Shown in pieces: positions 28,454-41,980 of a stretch of 64,000 bases of DNA. Under the pieces are notes generated by a model that had not been told where the DNA came from, searched no databases, and saw only the letters and a list, made by a program, of their open reading frames with translations. Position 1 is the stretch's first letter, and the number at the start of each line of letters is the position of its first letter. Source of the stretch: the human T2T-CHM13v2.0 reference genome, Homo sapiens; NCBI RefSeq assembly GCF_009914755.1, contig NC_060947.1; one strand, given 5' to 3'. A program made the translations under genes and the position numbers.

Positions 28454-31400
28454 GGTAATCACTTTTTTAAAGTGGGAAAATGTTTGGAGATCCAAAAGAA
28501 GACAACGAACAAATACACCATTAGAAAGAGAGGCAAAGGATGTGAACCTGTAGACAGTTTAGCAAAGAAGAAATACAAATGGTCAATAAATCTGAAAAAG
28601 GGTTCAACTCAGAAGAAATTCAAACTAAAAAAAAGTACTAAATATTTGTAAGTGTGCAAGAAGTGAGCTTTATAAGTAGAAGCCTCCATTTAGATATATA
28701 TATCTCCTTCAATTTTGTCTTTTTGACCCAGAAATTTCACTTTTAGGAGTTTGTCATAAGGAATTCGTCACTCATGTGCACAAAACATAGCTACAGGGAT
28801 GTTTGACATAGAACTGTTTATAATACCAAAAAATGAAATAAAAAAACTCTAGTTTCACAGTGGTGGTTTTAATAAATTATAGTTAAATAATTAAATAAGT
28901 TATGCTTAAATAGTTAAATAAATTATGGTTGATTGATGCAATTGAATACCATGAACCTGTTAAAAATCAAAGTGTGTGGAAGATCATTTAATAATGTGGA
29001 AAGATGTTCCTGATATACTGTTAAATAGTAGTTTCCAAAAAGTATACACAGCATGTTCACATTTTTGTTAAAAAATTTCTTAATTCACACTTAGAAAAAG
29101 GGTGGCAAGGAAATGCAACAAAATGTTGACTAAGGGGTGATCTCTTGGTGGAAGAATTATATGTGATTTTATTTTGTGCTTTCTTTAATCAACCTTTCCT
29201 GAAAATACTAAAATAAACAGGCACGACTTTGATAATAAGAAAAAAGGTATTTATATTGTAGAGAAAAGGACTCTAAACAGGACCACCTCCCCAGACCCAC
29301 TGACTGCCTCTCTCTGCCTCTTTGTGCTGAGGATGACCATTCTCAATGTGCAGAGCTATAAACCCCAATCTGCCCTGCCTGGTGTTTTCCTGCTTGTATC
29401 TGCACACTTCCCTTTCACGGGCACATGGAACATGAATTCTAAGGGAGATGAAGTAATATCCTGGACTCTAACGGAATGCAAACCTATTTAGGGAAATGCT
29501 TTCTGATTTTGGCTAGCATCTGCCAAATGCTAGTAAGAAAAACTTCATTTATTGCCCTTTGGTGAATATGCAGTCATCCTAGAGCTCTTCCTCAGTTGAA
29601 TCCTTAAATTTCTCTCCCTCCTTTTAAAAAATATGTCTGCCTTCTTATTGCCTCTCTCCAAGGAATCAGCATTGCTTCACCTGTGTTCTCGGTCCTCTTT
29701 ATCTCTTTTCCTAGGCGGAAAACCTTGAGTTCACATCCAACATCTGCATATTTATTTCCTCTCGCATAGTGTTGGTCAACAGGATGACTCTATAGCTGAA
29801 CTGACCTGTATCCTTCCTGTTCTACTTTGTTCCCAGTGACTTGTGTCCTGGACTATGGCAACTGGTCTCACAGCCCCTGCCAACACCACCAGTCCGTCCT
29901 GTCCACTTTGCACGAGCTCTTCCCAAATCACAGGTCTCATGTTGCCCCTCCCCAGCCTAACACTCTCAGCATGGCCTGCAGTAGAGATTCCTCAATCAGT
30001 GGTCTTTCAAAAATGCCTTTAAAAACGCTTAATATGCCTTTAAAAAGGCTTAATAGGAAAAGTCCACACCAACTCCATAAAATACCTCACAAAAGAAGTT
30101 TAACATTTTTGATTGGTATTTCTATCTATTATTTCTATTTAGTAATTTGGTTGAGTAAGCAAAGATGTCTTTGATTAATACAGATTGCAAATAAAATCAT
30201 TGTTAATTAATGCCTTTTGTTTGGTCACCAAATCTTAAAAGCGTAAGTTAGGTCCTTTGAGGAAGATGGAGGAGAAAGGGCATATATATGACAAAGGGTC
30301 TTTGGTACTAAAAAGACTGGAAACCACTGGTCCACAAGATTAAGGCCCCAATTCCTTGGCATGGCAATTAAAGACCCCCTGCCCCATATATCCCTTCAAC
30401 CTCCTCCTCTGTCATGCCTCCACATACACCCCATGCTCTAGCTAAGCACCTCTCACTTCTTCCCACACCTTTGCTTAAGATGTTACTTCCACCTTAAGCC
30501 CTTCACTTCCCGTTACTTTTCAGCTCATCCTTTAAAAGGCTTTGCTCAGAATACCTTCTCCTGGGGAAGCCCTTCCCCAGTTCCCATTTGGAATTAATGG
30601 AGCTCCTGGAGGTCCTTTACACTGCCCTGCATCAGACAAAGCCTTATTATTATTATTTATAACATGACCCCCTTGTCCTGACCTCCAGGAAGGCAATGAC
30701 CAGAGTTATAGTTGCTGTCACCCCAGTACCTGCTAGAGTTTGGCTGTGGTAAAGGCTCATGGACTGTGTGTTGATAGGCTTAAATTCCAAGTGTGATGCC
30801 ATTCTTTGCTGAGAGCCATGTGCATTGCAATTTACTAAGCTCCAGTTTTCCTCTGATCAAGGCAATCTCTCACAACAGAAAGCTGGCTCAGAAACTTTGG
30901 AGCAAACCGTCCTGGTTTGAATTCCACAGCTGCTACTTATTCGGTGGTGACCTTGTGCAAGTTACTTAATCTTTTTTAAAAAATAAATTTTATTGTGTAT
31001 ATTTAAAGTATACAACACGATGTTGTAAGATACATATATATAGTGAAATGGGTCCCATCATCTCACAGAGTTACCCATTTCCCCCCACTGAAGTCACTTT
31101 ATCTGGCTATGTCTCAGCTTACCACCTCAATAATGGGGGAACACCATTAACTCTCACAATGATTTAAAATAGGTGTCACATTGTAGGCTTTCTATAAATT
31201 TTATTTCCCGCCCACTGTGAGAAATGAACTTGATAAACTCAACAGTCCCAGGCTACTCCATTCATAGGAAAGAAAACTTCAAGCTTTCAGTTCAAAAGGA
31301 AATGTTGGATTTAGCATTTAGGGCTGGAATTTGGCTTCACATCTTGCCCTCTTACCCACCCCAACTTCAGACCATTACCACTCTGATTAAATGGATTTGT

Positions 31401-31511
31401 TTCAGCTCCCACCCATATTACATCCTGATTCCTTTTCAACAAATTCCTGGACATCTTCACAAGAAGGGAACAGAATTTTGTGATTCAGAGTTATTTGATT
31501 GATATTCTGAC

Positions 31512-31744
31512 CTTATTTCTTCTTTAAAGAACTTCTTGCAAATAGATGTCCCGATGCAGGCATTGCATTTATCAAGACCGAGGAAAGTCCTTCCAAAATT
31601 GTAGCTGGTTCTGACTTGGGGCACCAGAGAAGAAAGGGAAGAAGCTGGCAAGGAGAAAGAACAGCTCAGGGCTGAGACCCACAGCAGCAGGGCCAGCCAG
31701 CCAGGGCGGAGGGCGGCAGCCTCAGGCCCCAGCTGGGGCTCCAT
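31512..31744 (-). CDS. DIPK2B: DIPK2B (CXorf36/DIA1R) coding exon 1: signal peptide and Cys-rich N-terminal region
   Basis: Translates MEPQLGPEAAALRPGWLALLLWVSALSCSFS...FLGLDKCNACIGTSICKKFFKEEI(R), recognised as DIPK2B. ATG at 31744-31742 has a strong Kozak context (ccaagATGG). Donor AAG|GTCAGA at 31512/31511; 233 nt, phase 2. Confidence 0.96.
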
Positions 31745-32200
31745 CTTGGGCTCTGGGCTCCAGCTGCAGCCTCTGGCTGTCCACTCGAGGCTGTACAGAG
31801 GCAGGGCTTGGCCAAAGAGGAAGCTGTCAGAGGGGGCTGGCTTCTGGGTGCTGACCCCATCCCAGCCTCCCAGGTTTCTCTTTGAGGATGCTGAGGAGCT
31901 TGGGGCTAATGAGGCTGGGGAGGAGGTGAGGAAGTCAGTGGAGGATGCTGATAACGCTGTTTCCAGAGTTACTCTTCCTTTGCCGGGGGTGGCTGCTTCA
32001 GGCTGGGGAGGGGCTCGCTGGCAGATTTCGGGAAGGACAATTGTCAGGGCTTCCCTGTGTGGTCCTTTTGACAAACACAGGATATCCCGGCAGGGCAGGA
32101 AAGGTCCATGCAGGATGTGTGTCCAACCTGCGTTCCACCTGGGAGTTTCAAAGGATCCTGAAAGCCTCCACCCTCCACTGTTTTAATTCCAGGTTTATCT
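31745..32200 (-). promoter_or_regulatory. DIPK2B: 5'UTR and CpG-poor proximal promoter of DIPK2B
   Basis: Unique sequence directly upstream of the ATG with several GGAA/GGAT ETS-type cores (e.g. GAGGAAGT ~31928), TGATAA ~31949 and ACAAACA ~32071. The TSS cannot be fixed from sequence alone. Confidence 0.6.
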
Positions 32201-35200
32201 GTCCCTATGGATTACACGTGCACCCCAATTTTTGACCCCTCTGTGCTAGGTCATTTGTCCTGCCCCTTAATCAGCCCTCCTTCCCCCACTTTTACCATAT
32301 TTGCCTGTGAAATAACTAGAGGTTAGCTTGCTTGCCATTAACTGGCACATTTAGCACTGATTTGAAAGCTTTTTGCTGCTTAGGGAAGAGAAAACCTCAG
32401 GTTAGTCCATCTTCTCTTGCTGGTCTGAGAACAAGAGACCAGAAAGAACCCGGTGGCCTCTGTGGCATGATGAGGGGAGCACCAGAAAGAGCCCTCTGAC
32501 AGCACACAGCTGTGTCTATCCCTCTCCCACAGACCTGAAAGCTTCTCTTCCTTTACCAACTTGCTTCACTTCTCGGGGTGGCTTGGCCGGATTTGGTAGG
32601 ATTTAACTGCCCCAGGATTGCCTTCCTCAGGATACCAAGATAAGGTCCACAGCATGGAGTAGATGGAAGTGCTAATTTGGGAGTAGAGAGAACCTCTGAG
32701 AACCAAATCAGGGAAGTCAGGCTGCCTCACATTCTGTGAGAGGGTGGAGGTGGGGAGCGGGGCACGGTTTGAAAATATGAGAAAGTGCATAGGAAGATGG
32801 GGCTGGGGGTGAGGAAAAGGGAGGTAAGAGGGAGTGGGGATTGCCTCTGGACAATTGACAAGTTTTGCTAAAGATTGGTGGGAAGAGCAGGTAAAGGCAA
32901 TTTTCTGATGATGAAGCACGTGCTTATTAGCATTTGTATAGCTTCCTCAGTAAAATGTCTGGTCATGTTTGCTTTTTATTGGTGAGTTTTGACGCTTGTT
33001 TATATATTCTAGATCCGAGTCCTCTGTTGGATATGTGGCTTGCAAATATTTTCTCCCCAGGGCTAACTTGTCTTTTATTCTTTTAACAGAGTCTTCTGCA
33101 GAGTGAAAGTTTTGATTTTGAAGTCCAATTTGTTAATTTTTTCTTTTTGAATCATGCTTTTGGTGTCAGGTGTGATAAAAGAAAAACTTAAGCACATTTA
33201 AATTTTAAAGAGTTTATTTGAATATTCAGCGATTCATGAATCAGGGCAGTATCAGACTGCAAACATTCTGCTGGGAGGGGCAAGAAAGGAAACTTTTATA
33301 GTGTTTGCAGAAGCAGGACAAAGAAAACAATTTTTATTGGTTAGAGTGGAAAGTCCCTAGTTAGAGATTAATTGGTGATTTTTTTGATTGGTACAATTTC
33401 TAGTTTAAATTTACTATTTACATTAGGCTTTGGTTTGTTCACACAGGAATTTAAAGTGCCAGAGCCACCTCAGTCTAATGGCCTTCCAATTAGAATTTTA
33501 AAACATAATTCATCCTTTTTGATCAGCCTCTCATTTAAGAGATATTGACTAAAACTTGGGCATAAGCTCCACTCTCTGTGACCATCATGGCTAAGTTGTC
33601 CTTGTCTCAGTGTGAAACTCATAAGTCACAACATCAAGCTCATTGAGGAAAGATTCCTTTTGTTGTTCATCTCATTTTTGTTGCTCTAATTACAGTGAGA
33701 TCATCTGGCATACCGTTGATGACTGTGAACACACATTTAAGACCCTCAAGTGAATGTAGTTCACCAGGGAGATTATGATGACTACCAGGAGGATAATACT
33801 GAAAGACTGCAGTATGTTCCTTAGCCAAGGTCCTCACAAACCAACTCAACTAACATTTCTAGAGAAACAAAAGAAAACCAAAGGTCAATGACTAGAGCAA
33901 ACTATAAATTCAGTCTGAGTCCAGAGGAAATTTAGTTAACAAGATTGCTAGATTTGAGCTTGAAACATATTTTTCTGGTTTGCAGTTTGAATGTCTCTGG
34001 TTATGGTACTGAGGGTTTCAATGATCTTCCTGAGTGGTCCACATATCAGGCATAAGGGTTGTCCTCAGAAGTCACATCAAGTTGTCTATAACTGCCTGGC
34101 AGGGTTTCAGGAACAGAGCACATCTTGTTCTGAGTGATTTCAAGTCTGAAAAATGGGAAAAAATTGGATTGGAGGAATAAAGATGAATTCAGAATTCAGT
34201 CCAGTCTACAAATAGACAATAAAACTCAAAAACAACAAATATGGCTACAATCTACTATCAAAAATTATGCACAGATCTTTTCAGACATTACAGGGGTCCT
34301 CTGGAATGTCCCAAAGTTAGTTCTAGGTCAAAAAGACTTAATTTAGAAGCTTATTTTGGGAAGTTTGTAAAAAATATCAAAAAGTCTAAAACACTTGATT
34401 AAATAGGATCATTGGTCATTATGAAACAATGAGAGGCAAATACAGAAAGGTTATATAGCTGTAAAAAAACTTAGCTCTTTTAATGTTGAGAATACTCATT
34501 TTTATATATATGTATATAAACAAAGACCTAGTAAAAGACAACACGAAGCACAAGAAATTATCCTGATAAAACACAAATCTTTGTAAGGTAGATCACTTAA
34601 AAGATAAGAAAAACCTTTCACCAAGAAAACTTTGTTCTTTCAACAGAAAAAAAGCCAGTGTCTAGCTTTGTATCAATGTACTTTTGATATTAAAGCTAAT
34701 TTTTAAAAACCCTTCTAATAAATTTCATTCAGTTTTAGCGAGCTTGACAACACATGAAGTTCCTTTTTCAAATTTTAAACTGTCTATACCTTTCTTATAT
34801 CAATTTAGTTTGTCCTATACTCTTCCTCTCTCCCATTGTAGAACAATTAATCACTCTAATTTAGGACAAAAATTATTCTTTTTTTTCTCTTAACAAAAAT
34901 ACACCCTTATACTTAAACTTCCTTGACAAAACATGCCTTACTTCCTTCACATATACAGTTGTTGCCCTTATTATTTCTAGAAGTTTTAATTACATATATT
35001 AATTAGAATTTTAAATTCTTAGTAACCTTAATTTCTAGTGAAAACTAGTAAGCATTATAAACAGTTTCATATCAGCATTTTGTAAATAAACATCATGTCA
35101 TATATAATCTTTCATGTTTATTAGCAGACCCAAATATATTTAGCTTCTCTATACTGTATAAAAACAAGACGCCAAAGTATATATACTTTAATCTTATGTT

Positions 35201-35307
35201 CAGCAATTAATGTTTTAATGTTTTAACTTACTCAGAAATGGCTTCAATATTTATTGAATATTTATTACTTAATTGAACATAGCATAACTTTAAGATTTCA
35301 AGTTACC

Positions 35308-35615
<308 letters not shown>

Positions 35616-35734
35616 AAGATTTCAAGTTACAAAAAAAGATTTTTGGAACAATTTTTAGTAGACATATTTCATAAAACATAATTATTTTTGAAGTTTATAG
35701 ACTTTTATTTCATTTACATTTACCCAATTCATTG

Positions 35735-38700
35735 TTTTTTTTAATTTTTAATTTTTGTGGGCACATAGTAGGTATATATATTTATGGGGTATATGGGATA
35801 TTTTGATACAGGCATATAATGTGTAATAATCATATAAGGGTGAATGGGGTATCCATCCCTTCAAGCATGTATTCTTTGTGTTACAATCTAATTATACTTT
35901 TTCAGTTATTTAAAAATGTTCAATTACATTATTATTGACTGTAGTCACCCTGTTGTGCTACCAAATACTAGATCTTATTCATTCTTTGTAACTATTTTTT
36001 GTACCCATTAACCATCCCCACTTCCCCTCCCCCGACACCCTCACTACCCTTTCCGTCCTTCTACTTTCCGTCCTTCTACTTTCCATCCTTCCTTTCCATA
36101 CTTCTACCCTTTCTATCTGGTAACCATCCTTCTACTCTTTATCTCCATGAATTCAACTGATTTTATTTTTAGATTCCCACAAATAAGTGAGAACAAGTGA
36201 ATTTTGTCTTTCTATGCCTGGCTTATTTCACTTAACATAATGATCTCCAGTTCCATCTGTGTTGATGCAAATGACAGGATCTCATTATTTTTAATGGCTG
36301 AATAGTATTCCACTGTGTGCATGTACCACATTTTCTTTATCCATTTGTCTGTTGATGGACACTTAGGTTGCTTCCAAATCTTGGCTATTGTGAATAGTGC
36401 TACAGTAAACCTGAGAGTACAGATACCGCTCTGATATACTGATTTCCTTTCTTTTGAGTATATACCCTGTTAGGGTATATAGTGCAATTGCTGAACCACA
36501 TGGTAACTCAATTTTTAGTTTTTTGAGGAACCTCCAAACTGTTCTCCATAGTGGTTGTACTAATTTACCTTCCCACTAACAGTGTATGTGGGTTCCCTTT
36601 TCTCCACATTTTCTCTAGCATTTGTTATTGCCTGACTTTTGGATAAAAGCCATTTTAACTGGGGTGAGAAAATATCTCACTGTAGTTGAGCACCTTTTCA
36701 TAAACCTGTTTTCCATCTCTACATTTTTTTTTTTGAGAAATGTCTGCTCAAATCTTTTGCCCATTTAAATAATCAGATTATTAGAATTTTTTTCTATAGA
36801 GTTGTTTGAACTCCTTATATATTCTGATTATTAATTCTTTGTCAGATAAATAGTTTGCAAATATTTTCTCCCATTCTGTGGGTTGTCTCTTCACTTTGTT
36901 AATAGTTTCCTTTGCTGTGCAAAAGTTTTTTAACTTGATGTGATCCCATTTGCCCATTTTTTGCTTTGGTTGCCTGTGCTTGTGGGGTATTATACAAGAA
37001 ATCTTTGCCCAGTCCAATGTCCTGGAGATTTTCCCCAATGTTTTCTTGTAGTAGCTTCATGGTTTGAGGTCTTAGATTTAAGTCTTTAATCCATTTTGAT
37101 TTGATTTTGACATACAACGAGAGATAGGGGTCTAGTTTCATTCTTCTGCATATGGATATCCAATTTTCACAGCACCATTTATTGAAGAGATTGTCCTTTC
37201 TCCAATGTATGTTTTTGGCACCTTTGTCTAAAGTGAGTTTACTGTAGATGTGTGGATTTGTTTCTGCATTCTCTGTTGTGTTCCATTGTTCTATGTGTCT
37301 GTTTTTCTGCCGGTACCATGCTGTTTTGGTTACTATAGCTCTGTAGTATAATTTGAAGTCAGGTAATATGATTCCTCCGGTTTTATTCTTTTTGCCCAGG
37401 ATAGTTTTGGCTATTATTTGCTTTCTATATCTGGGTGCTCTAGTGTTGGGTGCACATATATTTAAAATTGCTAAATTGACCCCTTTATCATTATATAATG
37501 ACCTTCTTTGTCTTTTCTTATTGTGTTTGACCTGAAATCTATTTTGTCTGATATAAGTATAGGTACTCTTGCTCTTGTTTGTTTTCCATTTGCATGGAAT
37601 ATCTGTTTCCATCCCTTTATTTTCAGTCTATGTGTGTCTTTATAGGTGAAGTGTGTTTCTTGTGGGCAATAGATCATTGGGTCTTGTTTTTCTATTCATT
37701 CACCTGCTCTATAACTTTTGATTGGAGAATTTACACTATTTACATTCAGTGTTATTATTGATAAGTAAGGACTTACTCCTGTCATTTTATTAATTTTTTT
37801 CTGATTGTTTTGTGGTCTTCTCTTCTTTCTTTCCTCCCTGTCTTCCTTTTAGTGAAGGTAATTTTCTCTGGTGGTATGTTTTAATTTCTTGCTTTTTATT
37901 TTTTGTGTATTTGTTGTATGTTTTTTGGTTTGGGGTTACCATGAGGGTTGCAAAGAACATCTTATAACCCGTTATTTTAAACCAATGACAACTTAACACT
38001 GATAGCATAAACAAACAAACAAAAACAAAACTAATAAAAACTCTACACAACTCTGTCTCCCTGCTTTTTAACTTTTTGTTGTTTCAATTTATATCTTATT
38101 GTACTACATCTTGAAAAATTGTTGTAGTTATTATTTTTGATCAGTTTATGTTTTTGCCTTTCTACTTAAAATATGAGTTTACACACCACAATTACAGTGT
38201 TATAATATTCTGTGTTTTTCTATGTACTTATTATTACCAGTGAGTTTCATACCTTCAGATGATTTCTTATTGCTCATTAATGTTCTTTTCTTTTGCTTGA
38301 AGAGCTCCCTTTAGCATTTCTTGTAGGACAGGCTTGGTGTTGATGAAATCTTTTAGCTTTTGTTTGTCTGGGAAAATCTTTATTTCTCCTTTATGTTTGA
38401 AGGACATTTTCACCGGATATTACTATTCTAGGATAAAAGTTTTTTCCTTCAGCACTTTAAATATGTCATGCCACTCCCTTCTGGCCTGCAAGGTTTCCAC
38501 TGAAAAGTCTGCTTCCAGATGTATTGGAGTTCCATTGTATGTCATTTGTTGCTTTTCCCTTGCTGCTTTTAGGATCCTTTCTTTATCCTTGACCTTTGAG
38601 AGTTTAATTATTGAATGACTTGAGGTAGTCTTCTTTGTATTAAAATTTCTTGGTGTTCTATAAGCTTCTTGTATTTGAATATTGATGTATTTCTCTAGGT

Positions 38701-41420
38701 TTGGGAAGTTCTCTGTTATTATCTGTTTGAATAAACTTTCTATTTCCATCTTTCTCTCTACTTCCTCTTTAAGGGCAGTATCTCTTGGATGTGCTCTTTT
38801 AAGGCTAATTTCTATATTTGTAGTCATGCTTTTTTTAAATTCTTTTTTTCTGTTGTCTCCTCTGACTGCGTATCTTCAAATAGCCTGACTTCAGGCTCAC
38901 TAATTCTTTGTTCTGCTTGATCAAGTCTGCTGTTGAGAGACTCTGATGCATTCTTCAGCATGTCAATTTCACTTTTCAACTCTAGAATATCTGCGTGATT
39001 CTTTTTTAATTATTTCAGTTTTTTTGTTGAGTTTATCTGATAGGATTCTGATTTCCTTCCCTAAAAATAAATGTTCCCTCCCCCAAGGACACAGATTCTC
39101 TCTCCACATGATGTGGCTGCTGCCATGGGGATAGGGGTGGTGGTGTAAGCCATTCAAGGCTGATTTTCCTACCCCCTTCAGTGCCTCTTTCAGCAATGTG
39201 AAGTTAAAACCAGGTACTTTGAAAAGAAATGTTCAAGAATGTTATCTTGAATTTCTTTGAGTTTCCTCAACACAGCTATTTTGAATTCTTTGTCTAAAAG
39301 GTCACATATCTCTGTCTCTGCCAAATTGGCCCCTGGCACCTAATTTAGTTCACTTGATGAAGTAATGTTTTCCTGAATGGTACTGGTGCTTATAGATGTT
39401 CTTTGGCATCTGGGAATTGAAGAGTTAGGTATTTATTGTAGTCTTCACAGTCTGGGCTTATTTTTACCTGAAGTTCTTGGGAAGGTTTTCCAGGTTTTTG
39501 AAGGGACTTGGGTGTTGTGATCTAAGTTTTTGGTCACTGCAGCCATATCTGCATTAGGGGACACCCCAAGCCCAGTAATGCTGTAGTTCTTGTGGACTCA
39601 TAGAGTTACTGCCTTGGTGGTCTTGGATAAGATCTGGATGAATTCTCTAGATTACCAGAGACTCTTGTCCTTTTTCCTTACTTTCTCCCAAACAGAGTTT
39701 CTCTCTCTGTGCTGAGCTGCCTGGAGCTGAGGGATGTGTAACACAAGCACTCCTGTGACTATACCACTGGGACTGTGCCGGGTCAGACCTGAAGCCAGCT
39801 CAGCACTGGGTCTTGCCCAAGGCCCGCTATAACCACTACCTGGTTACCATCTATATTTGCTCAAGGTCCTAGGTCTCTACAATCAGCAGTTTGTGAAGCC
39901 ATTCAGTCTTGTGTCCTTTCCTTCATGGTGGCAAGTTTCCCAGGGCCCTAGGAAGATCTAGAGATGCTGGAGTCAGAGTCAGAAACCTTAAAAATCTACC
40001 TGGTGCTCTACTATACTGCAGCTAAACTGGCACCAAAAACCACAAGATGAAGTCCTTCCTACTCTTTCTTCCCCTTTCCTAAGGTAGAGGAGTCTATCCC
40101 TATGTCCACCACTATCACAGGCCCACAGAAAGTACTGCCAGGGTACCACTGATATTCAGTTAAGGCCAAGGGCTCTTCAATCAGCTTGTGCTGAATGCTG
40201 CCTGGCCTGGGACTCACTCTTCAGGGCAGTGGGCTTCTCTCTTGTCCAGGGTCAGTCCAGACATACCATCTAAGAGCCAAGACCTGGATTAGTGACCCTA
40301 AAAAGCCTGCTTGGTGCTCTACTTCTCTGTGGCTGAGCTGGTTCCTAAGATGCAAGACAAAGTCTCCTTACTCTTCTCTCCACTTCTCTCAAACAGAAGG
40401 AGTTTTGCCCCTTAACCACCTCAGATGAGAATGTGCTAAGTCTCACCTGAAGCCAGCACGTCTGAGTCTCACCCAAGGGCCACGGCGTATACTACCTGGT
40501 TACCACTACTACCACTACCACTCGGTTATTCCGAACCCAAGGGCTCTTTAGTCATATGGTGATGAATCTTGCCTGGACTGGGTTCTTCCTTTCAAGGCAG
40601 TGGGTTCCTTTCTGGCCCAGGGTGTGTACAGAAATATCTGGGAGCTAGGGTCTGGAATGAATCTCACAGCTCTGCTTGGTGCTCTATTCTACTGTGGCTG
40701 AGGTGGTATCCAAGTTGCAAAGCAAAGTCTCATTTACTCTTCCCTATTCTCTCCTCAAGTGGAAGGAAGGGGTCTCTTTTGGAACTACAAGCTGCACTGC
40801 CTTGAGGTGGAGGAGGGGTGACGAAAGCACTCCCTTAGCCACCTCAACCTGTGTCTCATCAGGTTGCATGCCCCCCACATTCACTGGCTTCGAGCCCAGC
40901 ACAGCACTAGGATTCGCCTAGGAGTCGCAGTTCTTGTGGCCTAGATAGCATTTCAGGTTTATTTAGGATCCCATAGCACTTTAGCCCACGGTGGTGAGGC
41001 TTGCCAAAATTCATATTTTGAGCACTAGGATGGGTGGTTCCCCTCTGCATAGAGCTGATCTAAATGTTTCCTCTGTGGGCATTGGCTGAGTTCTGCCTGA
41101 TGTTGGCAGGACTGAGTTCCAATGCAAAGTCCCACAGTCACTGATTTTCCCTCCCCTAAGCACACAGATTCTCTCTCCACATCATGTGGCTGCTGCCATG
41201 GGGATGGGGATGGTGGTGTCAGCAATTCAAGACGGGTTTTCCTACCCCCTTCAGTGCCTCTTTCAGCAATATGAAGTTAAAACCAGGTACTTTGATCATA
41301 CACCTGATTTTTTGCTCTTATGAAGGTACTTTTTTGTGTACATAGTTGTCAGATTTGGTGTTACTGTGGGGAGGATGATTGATGGAGGCTTCTATTTGGC
41401 CACCTTGCTCCACCTCCTCC
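35735..41420 (-). mobile_element. L1MA-like element with 5'UTR, ORF1, internally deleted ORF2 and 3'UTR
   Basis: ORF1 fragment (38423-38827: ENFPNL...KERILKAAREK), endonuclease fragment (QETHF...[10 protein letters not shown]) and ORF2 C-terminal region ([10 protein letters not shown]...LFNKWC). Confidence 0.92.
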
Positions 41421-41495
41421 TTATCACTTGTTCTTAACAATTATGCTTGAATTGGTCATGAAAAATTTCATGAGACATTAAACAAAGCTAGCCAC

Positions 41496-41980
41496 TGAAG
41501 GACTTCAAGGAAGGCCACCGCGAAATATGCCACTTTGGTATATAATCACTTCAGGCTGAAGGTACTTAAAAAATAGCAAATGCAGGGAGAGCTTTTCTCT
41601 GGATTCCCCTTATCTGCCTAAATAGAGATCCACCACCCAGAGAAGACCAACTCCTATCAAAGGAGAGAAAACTAGAAGTTGACACTATATCCAGACAAAC
41701 TATCACAAACTGTCATCTATTCCTCTTGGGGCCTATTTATCTTTCCCTCAAATCATTTAATCTCCCCTAAATTGTCTACATTCTCCCTCCTCTCTTCCCT
41801 ATGAAGAGGACATACAAGCTCCTAAATCTCACTGCTTTTTGGTGCGGGGTGGGTGAATTTGTTTTCTTTCCTGTGATAACTGCCACCCCCATCCCAATAA
41901 ATCTGTATACCTTTTCTTCTGTTAATTTGCCTGCTGTCAGTTATCAAAGCCTCAGAGGAAAAAGTCTTCTCTCCTCTACA
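41496..41980 (+). mobile_element. Solo ERV1 LTR (MER90/MER92-like) nested in the provirus
   Basis: TG...CA ends, AAATATGCCACTTTGG motif and AATAAA near the 3' end. Confidence 0.65.

Noticed and set aside
31745-32074. 110-aa N-terminal extension in ORF 31457..32074
   Set aside because: It starts at TTG in promoter/UTR sequence. The strong-Kozak ATG at 31744 directly precedes the signal peptide.
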